Origin: Bacteroidia bacterium
GTDB lineage: Bacteria > Bacteroidota > Bacteroidia > NS11-12g > UBA9320
DNA: 64,000 bases
Assembly: GCA_965216465.1 (NCBI GenBank)
Contig: CBDCFW010000005.1
Span: forward strand, 640,001-704,000
Reading direction: 5' to 3'
The notes under the pieces are model-generated. The model was not told the origin of the DNA, searched no databases, and worked only from the letters and a program-made list of their open reading frames with translations. Of the stretch, positions 1-10,574 are shown piece by piece (positions within the stretch are counted from its first letter, which is position 1; the number at the start of each line of letters is the position of its first letter). The position numbers and the translations under genes are program-made.

Positions 1-3000
1 TGCTCGGGACAAGAATCTAAGACAATTGTTTCTAAACTTCCTCCTGAGAATTCTTCTACCCTCTCTGGACATAAGCTCTGCGGCAATAGCAACATGCTTA
101 GCTATAGCATTGACACTTCGGGAATCGATTCTTTTATTTGGAGGATTAACAACAGTTACAACCGGTACGGAACGAGCGGAATTGAACGATTTGACGATGA
201 AGGCCAGCATTTTGTTCAAGTGTTTATGCGAGGGAGCAATGGCTGTTCAATTACCTACAAGGACACTATATATCGGTCAAATCCTAATATTACGGGTACG
301 AAAGACACCGGAGGCTGTGTACCTTATACTTTAGATCCTTGGATACAAGTAAATGGTATGTATCCAATTGACTCCCTAATCTGGTATCTAGACGATTTCG
401 GAATGGGAACGTCTGTAAGTCCTCAACCTCCAACCGTTTCCGTATCAGACACAGGAAACCACTACCTCACCTTCACAATAATTGATTCGATCGGATGCCG
501 CCATAATCAATCTTGGCAGATCGGAGGAGGATATTTACCAACGGCCTCATACACGGTTGAGAAAGACACGGTTTGCAACGGAGAGATTCTTAAATTTTCA
601 AATACATCAACTCTTCCAAATAAACCAACAGAATTCTATTGGTCTATGGGTGGCGTTGAGGGAAACACAAAAGAATGGTCACCTAAAATTGAGCATTACC
701 CTAACCGCTACAATTTAACCCATGTTGCTTCTCATTATGGATGCAATGACACCATTACAGATTCTCAAAAAATTCTTGTACTTGGGCCTTATGTTCAAAT
801 GGTTTTGCGATCCGATTCCTGCATATCAAGTTACAAACAAGTAGAAGGTATAATTATCGATGCAGATTCATTTAATTTTTACCTGAACAATGTGTATCAC
901 AGCAATGACACTATTTTCAAACATAGCTTCAAGAATAATGACAGACTTAAGTTAAAAGCACATAACAACGCAACGCAATGTACCGATTCAATAGAACGAC
1001 TCATTCCTGTATCAAGCAATGCACAATTGGATTGGGAAGTGCTTGCAGGAGAATGTGCTCCCGTTGATATTGAAGTTATACGCAAGGATGAAAATCTCGA
1101 CTCAATAAAGTGGTTTATTAACGATATTGACATGCAGCACAATCTACCCAAACTAGTAACCTCGATGCGATCTGGAGGGGAAGTTAATATCAAGCTAAAG
1201 GGATTTGCTGGTGAAGGCTGTGATCTCACTTTAGACACCACAATTAGAGTACAAGGACCAAAGCAAAAAATATCTATTGGTCAAACCTTCGGCTGTCTTC
1301 CTAAAACCTTTACACTAGTTGATAGTTTTTGGTCATCAACTACCGACCGAGTTTGGATTGTTGATGGCGATACGATTTCAAGCAAGGGAATAACAACCAC
1401 TTACACACTGCAAGGAGTAAAGGATCCCGATAACAAGATTGTTTCTGTAATTGCTTTGGCAAAGGAAGACAGCTGTTCAGCTTTACGACAATACAACTAT
1501 CTGATCCCCGGAATTTCGTTTAAGAGTACAGTGAGCGACAGTATAATTTCTTGTGATCAATCGTTGTATAAATTTAACATTTCGCCTGATGATGATGAAT
1601 TGAATAAGGTGGCCAATTATTCAATCTCTTATAAGGGATCAACTGAAACAAATTCTACCGGAAATTTCCAAAAAATATTGGTCATGGACGGGCAAACTGA
1701 TACGGTATATCTCTCAGTTAGTGATAAAGATGGATGTATTAAAACCCAAAGTCTAGTTTTCTCAAGACCAAAACCAGCCTTAAAAGTAGCCTTTACCTCA
1801 TCGCAGCCACATTCAAATTGTCCCCCGCTGTTTGTTGAGTTTAAAGATGCATCGCAATCGCAATTTGGCGATATCGTTGACCGCAAATGGAAAATAAATG
1901 ACGAACCATTTTCTGCTCTGGAATTTCCATCGCGGTTGTTTTCAACTCCAGGATACTTTGATGTGTCGCTTGTTGTGACTGATGAGCGAGGCTGCAACGA
2001 CTCGCTGACCTTAGACTCATTTGTGCAGATAAAAGGAGAAAAAGTAATTGCTGATTTTGGAGCTGAGTCAACGTGCCTTGGAACCGCTATAACGTGCAAA
2101 CTTAAAGATGGGAATGCTGCAAACTTAGAATGGGATATGGGCGATGGAAGCGTGATAGCAGGTGACTCCATAACGTACACCTATACTGATGCAGGTTCTT
2201 ATCGTATTCAATTGCTCGTGTCGGACTCAAACCAATGCAAGTATCCGATAATAAACGAAGAATTAACTATTGTTCACACCAATCCAAGTGCAGAATTCAC
2301 AGCTATAAATCAATGTGCGAATGATATAATCACCTTGATCAACAATTCTACTTCCGACACTACAATAGACGATAAATATTGGAAAATTGACCAGTTGAGT
2401 TTGCCTCAAAATTCTGATACAATAAAACATCCTACAGAAGCCAAAGATTTAAATGTTCAATTGCATGTCAGCGACGCAAATGGATGCATCGACAGCATCC
2501 AAGAAAACGTGAAAATCTATGACCTACTGGCAGATTTAAAGATTGATAAAAGCTTCTATTGTTTACATGACACTATCAAGGTAAGTGATATTTCAGTATC
2601 TGACACGGGTATATCGTCATTTAGCTATTTCGTTAATGGCAATCTAATGAGCGAAAAGAAAAACCCGAATCTTGCCATTTTATTCGAAGGTGAACATGAG
2701 CTATTCTTGGTAATTGAAGACGAATCAGGTTGTATCGATACGTCTGTAACCACAACTTTACAAATCGCAGGACCCAACCAGAAATCGGCAGTGGAAATTG
2801 TAAATGCCAGCTTTGTAGATCATAATATGATTCGAGTAGAAATCAGTAGTGCAGACCCCACCTACTTTCATAGCTATCAGCTATTTGATGATAATGCAAC
2901 ATTAATTGCTGAGGAATACAATAGACTAACTAATGAGTTTACTATTCAAACTGAAAGCGACAACCGAAAAGCACATTGTTTTAAAGCAGCAATAAACAAT

Positions 3001-4131
3001 GGATGTAATGCTCTAGATATTGGTAATGCTTCACCTCATTGTACCGTTCATACCATGGGAGAGTCAACTTCCATGTCTAAAACGCTAACATGGACCCCTT
3101 ATCAAGGATGGCCAGTTAAATCATATACGATTTTTAGGCAGAATAACACGAACTGGGATGAACTTGGAAATGTGGTAGGTAATGAACTTCTTTTTATCGA
3201 CTCTAATCTTACAAATTGCGATGCAAAAGATGTTTACCGCGTTTTAGCCTTAGGTTTTAACGGAGAATACTCTCTTAGCGATAGCGTTCATATACGGCCA
3301 CGTATCGACAAGCTTCCCAACAAGCCAATAATTCAGAATATAAGTGTGGTCGACGACCATCAGATTGAATTGAAAATAGACTCTAATTCGACTCATCCAC
3401 TTTCTATTTCGTATTATATAATAAACCGCAAGTTTCTTGGAACTGAAACAGAAACGCAACGTCAATTTGCAACTGTTCTTGACTATGAAGTTAATACCCA
3501 AAAAGGATCATACCACTATACGGTTGAGCAAATAGACCAATGTCTTCAGCAAAGTGAGCACTCTGCCGAAGCTCGTAGCATTTACTTAACTGTTTCTAAT
3601 GATAATTCAACTTCATACCCTGTGCTTAAGTGGAATCGCAACAACTTATGGGGTGGTGAGTTTAGTCATTATTCTATATACAAGACTGTAAGCGGAATTG
3701 AATTTGAAATTGACAAAATTTACAATGAGTTTGATACAACTTACATTGACAACGCAATTGATTTAGCCTGTGCGACAACCACTTGTTACACCATCGAAGC
3801 TCATTCAAAAAATGGTAAGTGGGAAAGTAGGTCCAACACAAACTGCGGTGGAACTTATTCTACGCTTTATGTGCCAAATGGAATTACCGCCAATGGAGAC
3901 CTATTAAATGATCACTTTCAGCCTAGAGGGCTTTTCATTGAAAACTACCAGCTTACCATTTACAATAGATGGGGAGAACAAGTATTTAAAACCAATGAAT
4001 GCATGGGCAGTTGGAATTGCATGATTGACAATCAACCGGCACCTGCAGGTACTTACTTCTATTCTATCTTTGCAATTGGAGCCGATGGTATTAGACATCA
4101 CTCCAATGGAAGTTTGAATTTGATTCGATAG
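1..4131 (+). CDS. Large PKD/Ig-repeat surface protein with T9SS type B (gliding-motility-associated, CHU_C-like) C-terminal domain; 5' end lies outside the window
   Basis: Frame 1 is open from base 1 (CSGQESKTIV...). PKD motifs (FSNTS..FYW, WDMGDG..YTYTDAGSY). C-terminus LYVPNGITANGDLLNDHF..LTIYNRWGEQVF..PAGTYFY is a typical type B CTD. Confidence 0.9.
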   Translation, partial: CSGQESKTIVSKLPPENSSTLSGHKLCGNSNMLSYSIDTSGIDSFIWRINNSYNRYGTSGIERFDDEGQHFVQVFMRGSNGCSITYKDTIYRSNPNITGTKDTGGCVPYTLDPWIQVNGMYPIDSLIWYLDDFGMGTSVSPQPPTVSVSDTGNHYLTFTIIDSIGCRHNQSWQIGGGYLPTASYTVEKDTVCNGEILKFSNTSTLPNKPTEFYWSMGGVEGNTKEWSPKIEHYPNRYNLTHVASHYGCNDTITDSQKILVLGPYVQMVLRSDSCISSYKQVEGIIIDADSFNFYLNNVYHSNDTIFKHSFKNNDRLKLKAHNNATQCTDSIERLIPVSSNAQLDWEVLAGECAPVDIEVIRKDENLDSIKWFINDIDMQHNLPKLVTSMRSGGEVNIKLKGFAGEGCDLTLDTTIRVQGPKQKISIGQTFGCLPKTFTLVDSFWSSTTDRVWIVDGDTISSKGITTTYTLQGVKDPDNKIVSVIALAKEDSCSALRQYNYLIPGISFKSTVSDSIISCDQSLYKFNISPDDDELNKVANYSISYKGSTETNSTGNFQKILVMDGQTDTVYLSVSDKDGCIKTQSLVFSRPKPALKVAFTSSQPHSNCPPLFVEFKDASQSQFGDIVDRKWKINDEPFSALEFPSRLFSTPGYFDVSLVVTDERGCNDSLTLDSFVQIKGEKVIADFGAESTCLGTAITCKLKDGNAANLEWDMGDGSVIAGDSITYTYTDAGSYRIQLLVSDSNQCKYPIINEELTIVHTNPSAEFTAINQCANDIITLINNSTSDTTIDDKYWKIDQLSLPQNSDTIKHPTEAKDLNVQLHVSDANGCIDSIQENVKIYDLLADLKIDKSFYCLHDTIKVSDISVSDTGISSFSYFVNGNLMSEKKNPNLAILFEGEHELFLVIEDESGCIDTSVTTTLQIAGPNQKSAVEIVNASFVDHNMIRVEISSADPTYFHSYQLFDDNATLIAEEYNRLTNEFTIQTESDNRKAHCFKAAINNGCNALDIGNASPHCTVHTMGESTSMSKTLTWTPYQGWPVKSYTIFRQNNTNWDELGNVVGNELLFIDSNLTNCDAKDVYRVLALGFNGEYSLSDSVHIRPRIDKLPNKPIIQNISVVDDHQIELKIDSNSTHPLSISYYIINRKFLGTETETQRQFATVLDYEVNTQKGSYHYTVEQIDQCLQQSEHSAEARSIYLTVSNDNSTSYPVLKWNRNNLWGGEFSHYSIYKTVSGIEFEIDKIYNEFDTTYIDNAIDLACATTTCYTIEAHSKNGKWESRSNTNCGGTYSTLYVPNGITANGDLLNDHFQPRGLFIENYQLTIYNRWGEQVFKTNECMGSWNCMIDNQPAPAGTYFYSIFAIGADGIRHHSNGSLNLIR

Positions 4132-4153
4132 CAACGCCTTGGTGTAGTAACCT

Positions 4154-5155
4154 TTACTTAATCTGTAAAACCACAGGACTAGCCTCTACATTGCTTCCTT
4201 CTATTCTTTTCGAATCGTCATCCTCATGATCTACTAAAATTTCTGTAAACATGATCATATCTCTCGACTTAGAATTTTCAATAAGCTTCTTCATTTTTTT
4301 GGTAAGCTGATGACCTTTACCCTCAAGTTCCGTTCGGACACCTTCATACGAAACATGTGTAAACTTGAATGACGTGACCCTATATTTTAAGCTGTAGGGG
4401 AAAGATGATTCTAAATACGCTAAAAGACTTGTACTATTAGCTCTTGCAACAGCCTTAGCGACGGGTGCCCCTGTGTTCATTATTCCTCCGAGTTGAACAT
4501 TGGGACTGGGTAATTTCCTCACTCTAAACATCTGTGACCCCACTAATCGAGTCATCCCGTCCTTTTTTACAGCCGCCGAAATTTTAACCTGCCGGGTGGA
4601 GCCATCTACATAGGCGTTATATCGACCGCTTCCCAAAGAGTCTAAGCGTAACCCTTCGGTGGCGTGTAAAATGATGTCTTCACTACCTGAAACATAAATA
4701 CTCATTGGATTTGAAATACCTTCATACAACACATTCATCTCAACAGGAACAATATCAACATATGGTCTTTGCACTTCATAACGAATCTCGAAAGGAAACT
4801 GCTGGTATCCATTGGCGGTAGGAACACGTGCATATCCATTTTTTACTCGAGTGCCAATCCTATATCCGGCTTCATTGAAGTATGCTTTACCTTGCTTGGT
4901 TTCTAATTCTTGGCCTTCAACAAAATATTGAATGTTATCCGTCTTTCCTACGGCAGCTAAAAAGATTTCGGCTTCGTATTGATCCCCTTGATGAATCAAA
5001 GATTTTGTTGGATTAACTACAGCCTTTAATTCATAAAATTTGTATTCCTTATTTTGCTCATTGCTTGCACTTTTTTTAGGAGAGTGACAGGAGATTAAGC
5101 CAAATATAACTGCGAATAGTATTCCTTGCCTGAATTGAAATTTTAGGTTTTCCAT
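4154..5155 (-). CDS. GldM/PorM-like periplasmic-domain protein with a lipoprotein signal (lacks the TM and D1 regions)
   Basis: GDQYEAEIFLAA, FPFEIRYEV, MNVLYEGISNPMSIYVSG and FRVRKLPSP match GldM/PorM D2-D4 motifs. N-terminus has a hydrophobic stretch ending LISC. Confidence 0.8.
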   Translation of the reverse strand: MENLKFQFRQGILFAVIFGLISCHSPKKSASNEQNKEYKFYELKAVVNPTKSLIHQGDQYEAEIFLAAVGKTDNIQYFVEGQELETKQGKAYFNEAGYRIGTRVKNGYARVPTANGYQQFPFEIRYEVQRPYVDIVPVEMNVLYEGISNPMSIYVSGSEDIILHATEGLRLDSLGSGRYNAYVDGSTRQVKISAAVKKDGMTRLVGSQMFRVRKLPSPNVQLGGIMNTGAPVAKAVARANSTSLLAYLESSFPYSLKYRVTSFKFTHVSYEGVRTELEGKGHQLTKKMKKLIENSKSRDMIMFTEILVDHEDDDSKRIEGSNVEASPVVLQIK

Positions 5156-5246
5156 ACGGGAATATACAGATAATTGTATAACGAGTTAGCAAAGTAAATT
5201 GAGAGTTTATGACTATATTTGGATTCAATCCCTAAATATTATCACT

Positions 5247-6071
5247 ATGAAGCATTTAATACTATCAGCAAGTAAAATTCTATTTTTTTCTTCAGTTCTG
5301 CTCTTTGTTACTTTGTTAGGTTGCAAAGACGATTCGCCTACGCCAACATCCCCACCTGATCAAGAAACGGAAGAGCCAGAAGACATTCCTAAAAATTCAT
5401 TGCAAAGTGTTGAAGTTCCAAATGCTTGGAAAACAGATGTGTTTTATCGCAACGGAAAAATTTCTGGTTTTGCCTCATTTGGAGACACTTTATCTGCAAC
5501 TCATGAAAACGATCTACTAACGAAGTTTGAATCACAACAACAAGAAATAACCATCAAATACGACGGCAACGATAGAATTACAGAAAGCGTTTGGACTAGT
5601 GCACCCAACATTTACAGATATGTCTATGAATATGTAGGTTCAAGTGATCAAGCATCTAAAGTTTCATTTTATAGAACATATAGGGAAGACAACAAATGGG
5701 TAGAAAAATTGAATGTGGAAATGAGCAATGTGCAATATAATAGCGAAGGTGGACTTGTTTCTTGTGACCGCGTTTACTACGACTATGGAAACGACAAAAC
5801 ATATAACGATGCGTTTACATTTGAACTAAGTGACAAACCCAACATGCTATTTGGCAACATCCTGTATTTGACCTATCCGCAATTTACTTATGGTTTGGCA
5901 AATCTTGGTAAATTTAGCAAACAATACGTGACCGGTTACACCTTTGGAGCTCAAAGTTCAGGAGAGGACTTCGTTTACGAATATGACAAAGACTACCCAG
6001 ATTACATTACTAAGTTCATTCGTCACCCAAACTCAAGTCCTACAGAGCGAATTTACACTTGGAATAGATAA
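5247..6071 (+). CDS. Hypothetical lipoprotein with beta-hairpin (YD-like/DUF4595-like) repeats
   Basis: ATG at 5247 gives MKHLIL..LLGC lipobox followed by KDD and a Pro-rich linker, then recurring YEY/YD motifs. Confidence 0.7.
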   Translation: MKHLILSASKILFFSSVLLFVTLLGCKDDSPTPTSPPDQETEEPEDIPKNSLQSVEVPNAWKTDVFYRNGKISGFASFGDTLSATHENDLLTKFESQQQEITIKYDGNDRITESVWTSAPNIYRYVYEYVGSSDQASKVSFYRTYREDNKWVEKLNVEMSNVQYNSEGGLVSCDRVYYDYGNDKTYNDAFTFELSDKPNMLFGNILYLTYPQFTYGLANLGKFSKQYVTGYTFGAQSSGEDFVYEYDKDYPDYITKFIRHPNSSPTERIYTWNR

Positions 6072-6148
6072 AGGCCGTTTAAATGTAACTTTAAATACGC
6101 TAAGATAGTTTTATAGCTGCTCTGCTTCATGCAAATTAGACTTAATGC

Positions 6149-9100
6149 CTATTGCAGCTTAACCACCTTAGCAGTATGAATAGAACCATCTCCACTTAAA
6201 ACAATGTAATAAACTCCTGCAGATTCAGGTAAATCAACGGTTATTTCCTTACCACTTACAGATTCCCGATTCCAGAGTTTACCATCTGTTGAATAAATGC
6301 TGATCCTGGCATTTACGACTGGTTCATTTAAAATTACTTGAACATTACTCCTAGTTGGATTTGGAATTAGCTTTAAATCTCCTTTTGAAAACTCTGAAAT
6401 GTTATTTTGTGTAATTGCCATACATTCAGACGTATCCTTGCACCCAAGCCGTGAAACTATAACTGCAACTTTGCGATTAAACGGAGGGATGATTGAGCGA
6501 TTGTTTTCATTCGCAATTATGTGGTCACGATCGCAGTCGTACCATTCGTAAGGACCAATGGTATCTGCCGAAACTAATTTATTATCATCACGGCTAATGC
6601 CCGGATCTATCTTAACAATGGTCAAATTTATATGTACAAATGAATCGCAGCCATAGATAGATTGGAATGTATCCCAATAAGGCCCGCTTTCTGTCGTAAC
6701 CCGACCCGTATTAAAGGTATATTCGTTGCAAGCAAAGCGACCAACATACGATCTAGGCTCTTCGTGAATTGTAAGGTGGTACCGGACCACACTATCACAC
6801 ATGTCTCCTCGGCTAAAATTTTCATCATATGTCCCACTTTTGTAATACACCTTTCCAGTCGCAGATGTATATTGTACGCAACCAGTGTCAATCACTACAT
6901 TTAATGGAGCAGAATCCACTTGTAGGTTGAGCTGCCATTTTGATAAAAAGGTATCACAGCCTATATATGTTGTATCTACATCTACAAAGCTGCCAGAGGT
7001 AGAATACACAGTTCCACTCCTAGAGATATAAGGACCACACGATGAAATTGGATGCACAATATCATAGGATCTGGACTTGCAAGTTTCGTTCGGAAATATG
7101 CACAATGCCTGATTCGGTTCAAACGACGAAAGAATTGAAGGTCTATGTTTTGGAGGAATTTCTACAACGTGTCCCCAGTTTACCCATTCATTTTTGTTTG
7201 CATATTCATTGTGCTCCGAATAGGCGGTTACGTAAAATCCTTTCGGGTGCTTGGCCAAATGATGTGCAGTTACATTTCTTGGCGTCTCATTGTAGTCATC
7301 ATTCATTCCATTCAGCATAATTTTATAAAGTACTCCTGAAGTATCGTAATGACCAACAAAGTAATCTTGATGAGCCTCAGTATGCGGCAACATATTGACT
7401 ACAATGGAATCACCATTCGTGCTGGTAAAAATTGACGGTGTGTTAATGTTTCTATAATTCATGCATTTTGCTAAAACATATAGATCTTGTTCGCCATCTA
7501 GAATAATGTCACGCGTATAGCCGAAATAATTATCCATTCTTCGTGTCCCTTCTATCCATTCAACCATTCCGTTTGTATTTATCTTCATCACAAAATACTT
7601 TCCTTTATACGCTAAAGTTGTTGAACCGTCTGCGTTCTCAAAGGCGAATCGATATAGCGTATGATAGGCGTCATTGTGTCCAACAATATAAGTTGCACCG
7701 GTTTTACTCGTAGCGCTTTGTGTTGCATATGTTGTAGTTGACCTAACCGTGTTAGGAGCTAAATGATCACCAAGGGTGTAACCTCTTGTAATCCATTGTG
7801 ACACACCTAAACTATCCACTTTTTGAACAAAAAACATGCTTAGAGAATACTCGCCATTCACTCTGAACGAAATGGTATCCTTAGATCCTCCAGGAGGGTC
7901 TGTCGTCATCAGGGTATAACGAGAAACTCCTGTGATGTATACATTCTTATTTTGATCAAATCCGAGTCTTGTAAATGAAATGCTATTGTTGTGAAGAGGA
8001 ATTTCAAATGTTCGTGACCATTTGTAGTTACCATCTTTGTCAAATTTTATCATTATAAAATTATCATTGAGGTCAAAATTGGGAACAAAGCTCCCAATTG
8101 AATCTCCATTTTTTTCGATGACGATTCCCAAATCTACATAGTGTGGGTTAAAACCTCCAATGCAATACACATTTCCATCGTGATCGGTATGTATTTCGCC
8201 TCCCGTAAACACCTTCAGATGACGTGCATTCAGGTGGTATTTCAGTTCTCCATCGGCATTGAGCTTGACATAGAAGCAATTGGTTTGAAGTTCATATTCA
8301 TCTCCTCGGCTATCTTCAACTTTTGTTAGTGCCGTTAAAAGAACGTCTCTATTTACATCTTCGCTTAAAGTTGCTTGGTGAGCAGCTCCGCCTGTTGAGT
8401 AGGTAATGGGTGTTCGAGTTCGCTGAACAACCCACTTCAAAACTCCTAGACTATCGAACCTGGCAACATAACCATCTACAGAGCGTGTACTGCTATAGTC
8501 ATTGCCATTTCGAGATTGAAAAATAGGGTTATCAGGATGTGCTCCATCAATGAGTGTTCCTCCGAGTTTTGAAGGGACCATGTAGTTGTGCGAATACCTG
8601 AAGTATTGGGTATCGTAGCCCATAATCATCGTTGACCAGCTTGGGTTGTTTGCTACGCTACTATTGTTATAGATGTCAGTTAAACTAAGCTCTACACTAT
8701 CTGTACATCCATCATCTGACCAAGCAACCAATTTGACATTTACATTGGAAGGCGACGAATATATTGACTGAGACTCCAGTCCGGCAGATTGGTACCAACT
8801 TGGACTTGGATTGTACGACCACAAATTGTTTTGTGCATCGATACTTTTATCGAAAAACCGAGCCGTATCTCCTTCATAAACATTTATCGATTGAGGGTGA
8901 ATCTTAGCTTTGGTCTTTTCTACGGTAACCATTTCTGAATGAGTTAGCACTGCAGAACAATTCGCTATATGATGGCGAGCCTTTATAAAATAGTCACCAG
9001 ACGCACTAATCGTTGGAGAAATAAAAGCATCAGGTGATCCAGAACCTTCAAGTTCCTCTCCATCTCCGTGTAAATAAGGATGAAGAGAATATATCATTTC

Positions 9101-10411
9101 ACTTTCGGTACTATCCATATTTACAGTAACCTGCTCTTGTTGACAAAGTATTGTATCCGAAAAACTAAACAAAATCGATTTATCTGGCGGAGTAACTGAA
9201 ATATAGGACCTAATCGCGGTATCCCTTTCTCCATCAGCATTTTGTCCTACTAACATTAGCTCATATGTGCCTGGGGTTGGAAACGATTTCGAAATGGTTT
9301 TACAACCACTTCCTGCACTTATCCCATCAATATACCACCAACAGCTACTAGCGGTACCATAGCTTCCTGTTAAGTTAAGATTACTGTTTGTACACTTACC
9401 TCTTGGCGTAGTGATATTCATGTTTAAAAGAGTTGGTCCATTTACCGTATCAGCACGTAATATTACGCCATTGGTGGCACAAGCATAGAGGGTGTCTTGG
9501 TCTGCAGCAAACCCATAGACTTCATAACCAATCGATGCTGGCATTTTTTCAACGAACGTCTGGTCTGATGGACCACTTCTATAAACTCCATTTGAAGTGC
9601 CCACAAAAATGAAATTTTTATAACTAAAGATGCACTTCGCATTGAGTGAATCAACATCAAAATTTGGCCTCTCAGTAAAATAGGAATTGAAGTATTCACT
9701 GTAGGAGTTTCCAGTAATACGTAACCTACTTGAAGTCCCTCTAATAGCCCCGGTCATACCTGACTCAACTCCTTTATGCTGACTAAATGTATGAGTAGTT
9801 GAAACTATCTTATCAAGCACCAAATATTCTGAACTGACCAGAACCAAGTACCGCTGTGAAGAGTAACTATATTCTGCGACATCTTTAAAATCATATGTAT
9901 AAGGACTTGTTATCGTTTCGTATGAAGATGTGTCGAAGCTTACAATTAATCCATCATCCCCTGCAGCAACAAATTTTCCTAGAACGCTATGAAAGGTCAC
10001 CGCATTTAATTTACTATTAATAGGCCCCTGATATATCTCCTTGGCCGACCAATTTTTCATGTCGACCATTAGGATAACGGCTTTATTGTTCACTGTATCC
10101 TCTCCACAAATAAGAGCCTTATCTTTTGCCTTAAAAGAATGTGTTGCACAACCCGAAAATTGCGTTCTTTTCTTGAGTTGTTCAAGTTGGGTGTTATTCT
10201 GAATTTGAAGAGTATTCCAATCATTTTGACTATAGCCTCCATTTTCAGTATAGTAGATTCCCTTTTCTCCTACTACAATTCCTTTAGAACCAATAAAAAG
10301 AATGCCCTTAAAGTTGTCGCCGATACCTGTTTGAGTTGCACTCCATTGTGAAAACACAAGTGAAGGCTGGAATAAAATTAGGCTGAAAAATATAAGTTTG
10401 ATTGTTTTCAT
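6149..10411 (-). CDS. T9SS type A secreted protein: N-terminal propeller, PKD domains, SBBP-like propeller, Cys-x(n)-CDS repeats
   Basis: Signal peptide ending SQ. Repeated (F/I)xKxDxxGxxxW SBBP-like motifs. C-terminus LIPNPTRSNVQV..IYSTDGK..AGVYYI..KVVKLQ. Confidence 0.85.
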   Translation of the reverse strand: MKTIKLIFFSLILFQPSLVFSQWSATQTGIGDNFKGILFIGSKGIVVGEKGIYYTENGGYSQNDWNTLQIQNNTQLEQLKKRTQFSGCATHSFKAKDKALICGEDTVNNKAVILMVDMKNWSAKEIYQGPINSKLNAVTFHSVLGKFVAAGDDGLIVSFDTSSYETITSPYTYDFKDVAEYSYSSQRYLVLVSSEYLVLDKIVSTTHTFSQHKGVESGMTGAIRGTSSRLRITGNSYSEYFNSYFTERPNFDVDSLNAKCIFSYKNFIFVGTSNGVYRSGPSDQTFVEKMPASIGYEVYGFAADQDTLYACATNGVILRADTVNGPTLLNMNITTPRGKCTNSNLNLTGSYGTASSCWWYIDGISAGSGCKTISKSFPTPGTYELMLVGQNADGERDTAIRSYISVTPPDKSILFSFSDTILCQQEQVTVNMDSTESEMIYSLHPYLHGDGEELEGSGSPDAFISPTISASGDYFIKARHHIANCSAVLTHSEMVTVEKTKAKIHPQSINVYEGDTARFFDKSIDAQNNLWSYNPSPSWYQSAGLESQSIYSSPSNVNVKLVAWSDDGCTDSVELSLTDIYNNSSVANNPSWSTMIMGYDTQYFRYSHNYMVPSKLGGTLIDGAHPDNPIFQSRNGNDYSSTRSVDGYVARFDSLGVLKWVVQRTRTPITYSTGGAAHQATLSEDVNRDVLLTALTKVEDSRGDEYELQTNCFYVKLNADGELKYHLNARHLKVFTGGEIHTDHDGNVYCIGGFNPHYVDLGIVIEKNGDSIGSFVPNFDLNDNFIMIKFDKDGNYKWSRTFEIPLHNNSISFTRLGFDQNKNVYITGVSRYTLMTTDPPGGSKDTISFRVNGEYSLSMFFVQKVDSLGVSQWITRGYTLGDHLAPNTVRSTTTYATQSATSKTGATYIVGHNDAYHTLYRFAFENADGSTTLAYKGKYFVMKINTNGMVEWIEGTRRMDNYFGYTRDIILDGEQDLYVLAKCMNYRNINTPSIFTSTNGDSIVVNMLPHTEAHQDYFVGHYDTSGVLYKIMLNGMNDDYNETPRNVTAHHLAKHPKGFYVTAYSEHNEYANKNEWVNWGHVVEIPPKHRPSILSSFEPNQALCIFPNETCKSRSYDIVHPISSCGPYISRSGTVYSTSGSFVDVDTTYIGCDTFLSKWQLNLQVDSAPLNVVIDTGCVQYTSATGKVYYKSGTYDENFSRGDMCDSVVRYHLTIHEEPRSYVGRFACNEYTFNTGRVTTESGPYWDTFQSIYGCDSFVHINLTIVKIDPGISRDDNKLVSADTIGPYEWYDCDRDHIIANENNRSIIPPFNRKVAVIVSRLGCKDTSECMAITQNNISEFSKGDLKLIPNPTRSNVQVILNEPVVNARISIYSTDGKLWNRESVSGKEITVDLPESAGVYYIVLSGDGSIHTAKVVKLQ

Positions 10412-10574
10412 ATGGGAAGATTAGCAGTGAACGCAATATACTGCATATTAGTAAATTTCGCCATACCATAAATTGGTTTGCTTCTTGATTGCTTGAATTA
10501 AGGCTAATATTAGGACATTAATACCTTTTATGGTTTAGATAACTCGGTTACTTCATTGGAATTCATTTCATTTG

